DNA of 63,340 nucleotides, filler included. It is 4 parts of 4 records of this genome, joined end to end, with 100 filler letters (N's around TTAATTAATTAA, not from the genome) between each part and the next. Parts side by side here need not be neighbours in the genome. Positions count along the whole stretch, not along the records: positions 1 to 20,019 come from SRR2962707_4775; 3 more parts are not named here. One strand, 5' to 3'. Numbering within the stretch: the first letter of the stretch is position 1; every line of letters begins with the position of its first letter. This document shows, piece after piece, positions 1 through 6,777 of the stretch. The position numbers and the translations under genes were made by a program. The notes beneath the pieces are model-generated. The model did no database searches. It was not told the DNA's origin and saw only the letters and a list, made by a program, of their open reading frames with translations.

Positions 1-273
1 TACTCACTTCCGTGTAATTTAAAAGGTGATTCTACGCAATATTAATTTTAAAAACTAACAGTACGAACTTTAATACTAGCGTTTGAGAGTATGAAGAAGT
101 ATTGTCGCATCCTCTGAATTCATCAGGAGATTGAACAAATACTTTATAATTTGGTACCTCTTTTAGTACCTGTCCCATCTCTGGAACTCTTTCTGGTGGA
201 TTATACCTTACTAAAAGGCTGAATAACAGGAACGAAGATAACTTTTTTTATATTTTCTAGCAAAAAGTGAATA

Positions 274-801
274 TTGGTGAACGAAGCAATAAATAATAAG
301 CTTAATAAGCTCAACGCAGACACAGAGGCAATCTACTCTTCATTGGAGGGGATCTCAGAGGAGAAACTTCAGGATCAGCGTTATGGGTGGAGCATCATTC
401 AGGTTCTATCACATTTGAATGACGCTGAGACCGCTTCACTAAAATACATGCAGAAAAAGGTAAAGGCCGGAGATAAAATGCAAAATTCAGGTTTGGGTAA
501 TGCGCTTAGAATGGGGCTTACCAATATGGCCCTTAAAAGCTCATTAAAATGGAAAGCCCCCAGCTACATTTCCAGTCCTCCGACCTACACTCTAAGTGAA
601 ATAAAATCGAAGTGGGGGAAAACCAGAAGCCAAATTCATGAGTTTGTAAATGGGTATCCGGATAAATGGCTGAACAAGCTTGTGTATAAGCACCCGATGG
701 GTGGAAGACAAAATCTTGAACGAGCAGTGGACTCATTTATCTATCACCAGATTCACCACATACATCAAATCAATCGAATCAAAAAACAACTGGGACTTTA
801 A
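274..801 (+). CDS. DinB/YfiT-like (DinB_2) four-helix metalloprotein
   Basis: WSIIQVLSHL N-terminal motif and C-terminal HQIHHIHQI His cluster typical of the DinB superfamily; stop overlaps the next ATG (TAATG). Confidence 0.8.
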   Translation: MVNEAINNKLNKLNADTEAIYSSLEGISEEKLQDQRYGWSIIQVLSHLNDAETASLKYMQKKVKAGDKMQNSGLGNALRMGLTNMALKSSLKWKAPSYISSPPTYTLSEIKSKWGKTRSQIHEFVNGYPDKWLNKLVYKHPMGGRQNLERAVDSFIYHQIHHIHQINRIKKQLGL

Positions 802-1427
802 TGCTACAAATCAAAGGACTAAAACACACCTACGATGGTGCTGCTGTTATTAGCTATCCTGACTGGGAGGTGAAAGAAGGGAATCACGCGATTATATTGG
901 GCAACTCCGGCTGTGGAAAAACCACACTGCTCCACTTGATTGGTGGACTCATGCCTCCAAAAGAAGGAACGCTGGAAGTTGCAGGTGAAAATCTTTCAGA
1001 AAAATCGAAAGCTAAGCTTGATCGATTCCGAGGAGAACATATTGGGATCGTTTTCCAGAAACCACATTTAGTTCGATCGCTTACAGTGAAGGAAAACCTA
1101 ACCCTGGCTCAATACCTGGCTCACAAGAAAACAGACAGTAAGCGAGCAGATGAGGTTCTGGAAAGACTGGGAATCAAAGAATTGGCCAACCGTCGCGTCC
1201 ATCAGATTAGTCAAGGACAGGCTCAGCGAGTTTCAATTGGAAGGGCGGTAATTAATAATCCAAAACTGTTGCTAGCCGATGAACCGACAGCCAGCCTGGA
1301 TGATGAAAATTGTCAGAAAGTCATTGACTTACTTAAATCTCAGGCAGAAGAGACCGGGGCAACATTGATTGTGGCTACTCATGACCATAGGGTGAAAAGT
1401 GAATTTCAAAACGAGTTGGACTTATGA
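801..1427 (+). CDS. ABC transporter ATP-binding protein (LolD/MacB-like)
   Basis: Walker A GNSGCGKTT, signature-like ISQGQAQR, Walker B LLLADEPTASLD, H-loop ATHD. Confidence 0.93.
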   Translation: MLQIKGLKHTYDGAAVISYPDWEVKEGNHAIILGNSGCGKTTLLHLIGGLMPPKEGTLEVAGENLSEKSKAKLDRFRGEHIGIVFQKPHLVRSLTVKENLTLAQYLAHKKTDSKRADEVLERLGIKELANRRVHQISQGQAQRVSIGRAVINNPKLLLADEPTASLDDENCQKVIDLLKSQAEETGATLIVATHDHRVKSEFQNELDL

Positions 1428-2668
1428 ACCTATTTTCACTGAGCATCAAAAACGTTTTTGCCAAGCCACTTAGCTCGTTGCTGAGTGTTCTTTTGTTTGG
1501 GTTTGGTGTAGCAATCATCGTTTCTATTCTTCTCACCAGCACATTTTTAAAAAATGAGATCAATAAAAATGCACAAGGCATTGATTTGGTGGTTGGTGCG
1601 AAAGGCAGTCCGCTGCAGATTATACTAGCTACCATTTTTCACATTGATTTTCCCACCGGAAACATTTCACTCAAAGATGCCAATGACCTGACACGAAACA
1701 GGCTGGTGGCATCTGCCATCCCTCTTTCTTTAGGAGATAGCTATCAGGGCTATCGCATAGTCGGCACGACAAAAGCATACCCGGATCTCTACGAAGTGGA
1801 GTTAGCCAAAGGAGAATGGTTTAGCGATGAAATGACGGTCACAGTCGGGGCTTCTATTGCAAAAACCCTTGGAATTGAAATCGGAGATCAACTGGAAAGT
1901 GCACATGGGCTGGCGGAAGGCGCTGGTGGACATGAAGAGCACCCATTTAGGGTTGTTGGAATCATGGAAGCTTCCGGATCGGTTATAGATCAGTTGATTT
2001 TAGTTTCTATTCAAAGTGTCTGGGAAGTTCATGGCAGTCATGAGGAGCACGATCATGAAGAAGGGGGTGATCATCATGAAATAGTTTCGTTGGATCGGCT
2101 CGGGTTGGAAGTCACCAATGAACAATTGGAGAATGAAGATATTACTTCACTCCTTCTCAAGTACCGGTCACCAATGGCTGCCGTACAATTACCAAGGATT
2201 GTCAATGGAACCAGCAATTTGCAAGCTGCTTCTCCGCCCTATGAGACCGCTCGCTTGTTCAATATCATCGGCGTGGGTGTGGATGTGGTGAATGTACTGG
2301 GATTGGTCATTATTGTTTTGAGTGCTACCAGTGTATTTATTGCTTTGATCAACTCACTTAAGGAGCGTAAATATGAGTTGGCAATTATGCGGTCGATGGG
2401 AGCCAGTCAGATAAAAATCTTTATTTTGATCTTGACCGAAGGGATCGTTCTGACTATCATCGGAAGCATCTTTGGTTTTGCGCTGGCCCATTTGGGTTTT
2501 GCTATACTAGCAGATTCGATGGAACAAATTCAGACCAGCGGTATGTTTTTTGTAGCTGATGAATACAAAGTAATGCTGGGAAGTCTGACCGTTGGTATTT
2601 TTGCATCGATCATTCCGGCATTTCTTGCGTATAAATCAGATATTTCGGAAACGCTTTCAAAAGCATGA
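1424..2668 (+). CDS. ABC transporter permease, FtsX/MacB family, with His-rich periplasmic loops (ZrgC-like)
   Basis: N-terminal TM, DLVVGAKGSPLQIIL periplasmic motif, ERKYELAIMRSMGAS FtsX motif, three C-terminal TMs, His-rich segments GHEEH and HGSHEEHDHEEGGDHHE; ATGA overlap with the ATPase. Confidence 0.88.
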   Translation: MNLFSLSIKNVFAKPLSSLLSVLLFGFGVAIIVSILLTSTFLKNEINKNAQGIDLVVGAKGSPLQIILATIFHIDFPTGNISLKDANDLTRNRLVASAIPLSLGDSYQGYRIVGTTKAYPDLYEVELAKGEWFSDEMTVTVGASIAKTLGIEIGDQLESAHGLAEGAGGHEEHPFRVVGIMEASGSVIDQLILVSIQSVWEVHGSHEEHDHEEGGDHHEIVSLDRLGLEVTNEQLENEDITSLLLKYRSPMAAVQLPRIVNGTSNLQAASPPYETARLFNIIGVGVDVVNVLGLVIIVLSATSVFIALINSLKERKYELAIMRSMGASQIKIFILILTEGIVLTIIGSIFGFALAHLGFAILADSMEQIQTSGMFFVADEYKVMLGSLTVGIFASIIPAFLAYKSDISETLSKA

Positions 2669-2856
2669 TTTAACCGCTGAGGTAACGGAGAGTACACGGA
2701 GAAAACCGAGATAGAAGTGAAAAGGATTATTCTCTGTTTTCTCTGGGAGAATAAAAAGTAGAAGATGATGAAAGAATGGATAAAGAATGGATTTTTAATT
2801 CAATGAAAAATTATAAGAATTTTAACAGATCGAACTCAGAGCCCTCTGTGGTAAAA
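2669..2856. repeat. Degenerate inverted-repeat element (TTAACCRCWGAGG-type arms)
   Basis: Left arm TTTAACCGCTGAGG followed by GAGA-rich subrepeats; right arm CCTCTGTGGTAAA (reverse complement TTTACCACAGAGG). Confidence 0.4.
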
Positions 2857-3291
2857 ATGGTTGTGTGTTTTGGAATATGCTTCTTTTTATCAATCGCTGT
2901 GAGTGCGCAGTATACTGACTCCAACAAAAACTGGGAAACACTTGCGGATGTGAAGTATGAAAAATCGCAGGATGAATACGGAGAGATTTACGTGCCGAAG
3001 TTTGGTGATAACGTGCAGAAGATGAATGGGAAAACTGTTTCATTAAAAGGATTCATTATCCCTTTTGAAGGCATGTTTGAGCCGAAGCATATCATCATTT
3101 CCTCGCTTCCTATTGCCGCATGTTTTTTCTGCGGAGGCAGTGGACCAGAAACAGTAGCTGAAGCTTATTTAAAAGAAGAAGTGAAATATACGGCTAAGCC
3201 TGTCACAGTGACCGGAAAGTTGGTGTTAAATGACACGGACTATGATCAGCTCATGTATATCTTAAAAGACGCTGAAGTAAAAATTGATTAG
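2803..3291 (+). CDS. DUF3299-family secreted protein (ZrgD-like); start uncertain (2776, 2803 or 2857)
   Basis: Signal-like hydrophobic segment ending AVSAQ, WETL, MNGKTVSLKGFIIP and ACFFCGGSGPE (CxxC) motifs; downstream of an FtsX-type ABC pair. Confidence 0.72.
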   Translation: MKNYKNFNRSNSEPSVVKMVVCFGICFFLSIAVSAQYTDSNKNWETLADVKYEKSQDEYGEIYVPKFGDNVQKMNGKTVSLKGFIIPFEGMFEPKHIIISSLPIAACFFCGGSGPETVAEAYLKEEVKYTAKPVTVTGKLVLNDTDYDQLMYILKDAEVKID

Positions 3292-3310
3292 AAAAATCCC
3301 CTCTTACAGT

Positions 3311-3336
3311 TTCCCCCTTGAGGGGGCTAGGGGGTG
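3311..3336. repeat. Short GC-rich palindromic intergenic repeat (CCCCCT-TG-AGGGGG-CTAGGGGGTG)
   Basis: GC-rich hairpin in an AT-rich intergenic region; resembles the core at 6189-6220. Confidence 0.5.
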
Positions 3337-3357
3337 ACATTGAACCAAATACACTAC

Positions 3358-3765
3358 ATGAAAAACCTAACACTACTAACCTTAATTATTCTTTTAGCCG
3401 CATGCGGCCCTTCTAAAAAAGAAGAACTTCAAACGCTAAAAAGTGAAGTGATGGCAATCCACGATGAAGTGATGCCAAAAATGGGCGAGCTCAGAAGAAC
3501 CCGCAAAGATCTATTGCTTCAGGCAGATTCTTTGATGGAGATCAACCCGGAAAGAGCGGCGATGCTCACTACTGTGGCAGACGAAATAGGGAATGCGAAC
3601 GAAGGCATGATGCAATGGATGCGTGCCTATGAGCCGGAATTTGAAGGCACAGATGAAGAAATCAAACAGTACCTGGAAGATCAGAAAGTAGCTATCCAGA
3701 AAGTGAAGGATGATATGAATGGGTCCTTACAAAAAGGGAAAGATGTTTTAGAAGAGGAGAATTAA
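3358..3765 (+). CDS. Conserved Bacteroidota helical lipoprotein with Met/His motif
   Basis: Lipobox LLAAC after MKN start (3358 preferred over 3334); EVMAIHDEVMPKMGEL and MMQWM motifs. Confidence 0.7.
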   Translation: MKNLTLLTLIILLAACGPSKKEELQTLKSEVMAIHDEVMPKMGELRRTRKDLLLQADSLMEINPERAAMLTTVADEIGNANEGMMQWMRAYEPEFEGTDEEIKQYLEDQKVAIQKVKDDMNGSLQKGKDVLEEEN

Positions 3766-4220
3766 TTCTCCTCACACTCCTCCAACCATTTATCTACGTC
3801 TTTTACACCGACAAGACCAGCATCATTACCCCAGGCGTTTCCAATGTAAGTCAGTACTTCTGCGATCTCTAAATTGGTTATTGGGTTGCCTGGCATCATT
3901 TGGTTATACGTTTCTCCATTCACCACAATCTCCTTGCTCTGTCCATTTTTAATGATGCAGGCTGCTCTCGGCAGATTTTTAAGTAAATAATCCGCTCCTG
4001 CTAATGGTGGATAGAGTGAAGCCAGACCTTTGCCATCTTGTTGGTGACAGTTGGCACAATACGTGGCATATACTTTAGCACCCTCTACCTGATATTGTTT
4101 TAATCGTATCTCATCTCGTGAGCTGAGTTCAGATTTTTTTTCTTCTTTCTCCTGCCCTTTTCCTCCACCACAGGCAAAAAGTGTCATGGCCAAAAGCCCA
4201 ATTAGATATTTACTTCTCAT
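3762..4220 (-). CDS. Lipoprotein cytochrome c (class I)
   Basis: Lipobox LFAC, heme motif CANCH, YPPLAG, distal Met in NQMMPG. Confidence 0.9.
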   Translation of the reverse strand: MRSKYLIGLLAMTLFACGGGKGQEKEEKKSELSSRDEIRLKQYQVEGAKVYATYCANCHQQDGKGLASLYPPLAGADYLLKNLPRAACIIKNGQSKEIVVNGETYNQMMPGNPITNLEIAEVLTYIGNAWGNDAGLVGVKDVDKWLEECEEN

Positions 4221-4827
4221 CTGAATATTCTTTTAATAATTTTTCTATGTCATTCATCAGCACGTCCACTTGCTCCGGAACCGTGCCATCATATACGCCA
4301 CGAATATGCCTCTCTTTATCTACCAGCAAAAAAGCGCCGGAGTGAATGTATCCACCTGGTGCTTCAGAATCTTCATCTGCAATAGACATGTAGCTGCCCT
4401 CCGCCAGGTCATAGATGTAATCCTGATCTCCGGTTACAAACTTCCATTTGTCCGAATTAACACCCAGTCGCTGAGAGTAGTCTTTCAACAAAGCCACGGT
4501 ATCATAGGTTGGATCGATGGTATGAGAAAGGATCGCTACCTCCGGATTGCTTTCAAATTTTTCATACACGCGCAACATCTGGGCTTTCATTTTTGGACAG
4601 ATGGTCGGGCAGGAAGTAAAAAAGAAATCCGCTACATAAACCTGACCATCGAATGTCTCATTTGTAACAATACTACTATCCTGATCTACCAGTTGAAAAT
4701 CCTGAATGGTGTGATAGATGGTATCATTTTCCTCATAGATAGTATTGCCAATGTAAGGCAACTTATCAGATCCGGACTGCTGCTGGCAGGCCATCAAAAT
4801 GATAAAAGGTATAAGTAGTTTTTTCAT
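4210..4827 (-). CDS. SCO family copper chaperone (SCO1/SenC/PrrC)
   Basis: FFFTSCPTICP CxxxC, TIDPTYDT and conserved His in YIHSG; lipoprotein signal. Confidence 0.93.
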   Translation of the reverse strand: MKKLLIPFIILMACQQQSGSDKLPYIGNTIYEENDTIYHTIQDFQLVDQDSSIVTNETFDGQVYVADFFFTSCPTICPKMKAQMLRVYEKFESNPEVAILSHTIDPTYDTVALLKDYSQRLGVNSDKWKFVTGDQDYIYDLAEGSYMSIADEDSEAPGGYIHSGAFLLVDKERHIRGVYDGTVPEQVDVLMNDIEKLLKEYSDEK

Positions 4828-5360
4828 CAGTCTTTCCGAAATCGTTTATATAATTTGATCGCTATCATTAACACAATCGCGAAGCTAATAAGTCCCATCG
4901 TACCATAAATCCAACTGATTTCATTTTTTAGAACAATCAAGAATACCACGGCAAAAAGAATTAAGGTAGCAGCTTCATTGAATACCCTGAGCTGAGTAGA
5001 AGTAAACCTCGCTCTTCCTTTTTGCAATTGTCTAAAAATACCATGGCATCCAAGGTGATAGAGAAATAGAAGTACTACAAATCCCAGTTTGACATGCATA
5101 AATGGCATTTTTAACCATTCTGGCTGGACAACTAAAAGAGAGATTCCAAGGATCAGCGTAATTATCGCCGAAGGCCAGGTGATGATATACCACAGTTTTT
5201 TACTCATCAAAGCCAGCTGGCTGGAAAGGATGGAGCGATCCGGCTCTTCTTTGTTTAAGGCCTCAGTATGATAAATAAAAAGTCGAACGATATAGAACAA
5301 TCCGGCGAACCAGGTAATTACGAATATGATATGGAGAGCTTTCAGATATAAATAATCCAT
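4827..5360 (-). CDS. hemJ: Protoporphyrinogen IX oxidase HemJ (CopD/DUF420-like membrane family)
   Basis: KALHIIFVITWFAGLFYIVRLFIYH and RVFNE motifs; four to five TMs. Confidence 0.88.
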   Translation of the reverse strand: MDYLYLKALHIIFVITWFAGLFYIVRLFIYHTEALNKEEPDRSILSSQLALMSKKLWYIITWPSAIITLILGISLLVVQPEWLKMPFMHVKLGFVVLLFLYHLGCHGIFRQLQKGRARFTSTQLRVFNEAATLILFAVVFLIVLKNEISWIYGTMGLISFAIVLMIAIKLYKRFRKD

Positions 5361-5437
5361 TCGGGAGCTTTTTAGTTATTATTGTTGTTAACCCGTGGTT
5401 GTTGCAAATTTGCTTCAAATCCTGATATCACACGATC

Positions 5438-6118
5438 ATGAGCGCCGAAAGTAATCTATGGTATTTTGAGGATGTAGACCTGTTTAAGGTTTTGTGTCCA
5501 TCCAAAACTCCGACAATGGAAGATAAACACACTCCCGGAGTTTACAAGAAAGATGAATTTATCTACTTCAAAGATCAATCCTCCGAAAATATTTACATGG
5601 TCTCAAATGGACGTGTGAAGATCGGAACGTACGGTCCCGATGGCAAAGAAATTGTCAAAGCCATACTCACAAAGGGAGAATTGTTCGGTGAAATGGCCCT
5701 GGCCGGTGAAGATACACGTCAGGATTTCGCACAAGCTATGGATAATGATACGCGCGTTTGTGCGATGACCATTGAGGATCTGCAAAACCTCATGGTAGAT
5801 CATAAAGAACTGAGTTTTAAGATCCTCAAAATCGTTGGGTTTCGTTTACGCAAAATGGAGCGCAAAATTGAATCATTGGTCTTTAAAGATGCCCGAACAC
5901 GGATTGTAGATTTTCTCAGAGAAATGGCAGAGGAAAAAGGCCAAAAGGTGGGTTTTGAGATGATGATTAAAAATCATTTGACTCATAAAGATATTGCCAG
6001 CCTTACCGGTACCTCCCGACAAACTGTCACCACGGTCATGAATGAACTTCGTGACAGTAATCTCATCACATTTGACAGGAGACGGATCTTAATTAGAGAT
6101 CTGGAAAAACTAGCCTAA
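5438..6118 (+). CDS. Crp/Fnr family transcriptional regulator
   Basis: cNMP-binding domain (GRVKI, LFGEMAL) and C-terminal HTH LTHKDIASLTGTSRQTVT; divergent from hemJ. Confidence 0.92.
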   Translation: MSAESNLWYFEDVDLFKVLCPSKTPTMEDKHTPGVYKKDEFIYFKDQSSENIYMVSNGRVKIGTYGPDGKEIVKAILTKGELFGEMALAGEDTRQDFAQAMDNDTRVCAMTIEDLQNLMVDHKELSFKILKIVGFRLRKMERKIESLVFKDARTRIVDFLREMAEEKGQKVGFEMMIKNHLTHKDIASLTGTSRQTVTTVMNELRDSNLITFDRRRILIRDLEKLA

Positions 6119-6147
6119 TCGACCTATCATATCCAGCTCAAGTTAAT

Positions 6148-6360
6148 TTAACGTGAATATCGCATAAGGTGAAAGAAAAGAGCCATTATTCCCCTCCCTT
6201 GGAGGGGTGGGGGTGGGTTCATTCAAAAATGCTTTTCTTTCACCCGTAAAATGACCCAAAATGATTGTTTTTAGAAACCCACCTCTCTCTCTCCAAGGAG
6301 GAGACTTTAAGGCATCATTTTGGATCATTTTAGTTTCCTCTTATCCAATATTCACGTTAA
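6148..6360. mobile_element. MITE-like non-autonomous element with 21-bp terminal inverted repeats
   Basis: Left TTAACGTGAATATCGCATAAG (6148-6168); right end (6340-6360) reverse-complements to TTAACGTGAATATTGGATAAG, 19/21 match; internal inverted GC-rich pair at about 6190-6220 and 6275-6304; no credible ORF. Confidence 0.65.
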
Positions 6361-6373
6361 TTCCGGTTAAATA

Positions 6374-6427
6374 ATACTTACAAATACGAAGTTAATTATT
6401 TATTATACTTACATTTACGAAATTAAT
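6374..6427 (+). promoter_or_regulatory. Tandem candidate PadR operator boxes
   Basis: ATACTTACAAATACGAAGTTAAT (6374-6396) and ATACTTACATTTACGAAATTAAT (6405-6427), 20/23 identical, 31-bp period, just upstream of padR. Confidence 0.6.
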
Positions 6428-6441
6428 GTTCAAGTAGTAAT

Positions 6442-6777
6442 ATGAAAGGAACGAATTTAGGAGAGTTTGAAGAGCTAGTTTTGTTGACTGTCGGCATCTT
6501 ATATGATAATGCTTACAGCGTGGCTATTCAGCAGGAACTTAATAAGCAAACCGACCGAAAAGTAAGTATCAGCTCGGTTCATGCTGCAGTCTATCGTTTG
6601 GAGGAAAAAGGACTTTTAAACTCCAGGATGGGCGAAATGTCCAGTGAGCGAGGCGGCAAAAGAAAGCGGATTTTCACCATTTCACATGCTGGAAAAGAAG
6701 CTCTTGAAACCGCTAACGAGTTGAGAAACCGCATGAGAAATCAGATTCCGGAAATAGCATTTGAACATCTGAGATGA
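6442..6777 (+). CDS. PadR family transcriptional regulator
   Basis: LGEFEELVLL, VYRLEEKGLLNS and RGGKRKRIF winged-helix motifs; ATGA overlap with the permease. Confidence 0.92.
   Translation: MKGTNLGEFEELVLLTVGILYDNAYSVAIQQELNKQTDRKVSISSVHAAVYRLEEKGLLNSRMGEMSSERGGKRKRIFTISHAGKEALETANELRNRMRNQIPEIAFEHLR

Noticed and set aside
110-135. CTGATGA on the minus strand as a hammerhead ribozyme core
   Set aside because: No correctly placed GAAA or three-stem junction was found.
6143-6328. 61-aa ORF in the Crp-padR interval
   Set aside because: It is just the translation of the inverted-repeat element (PTPTPPREG low-complexity pattern).
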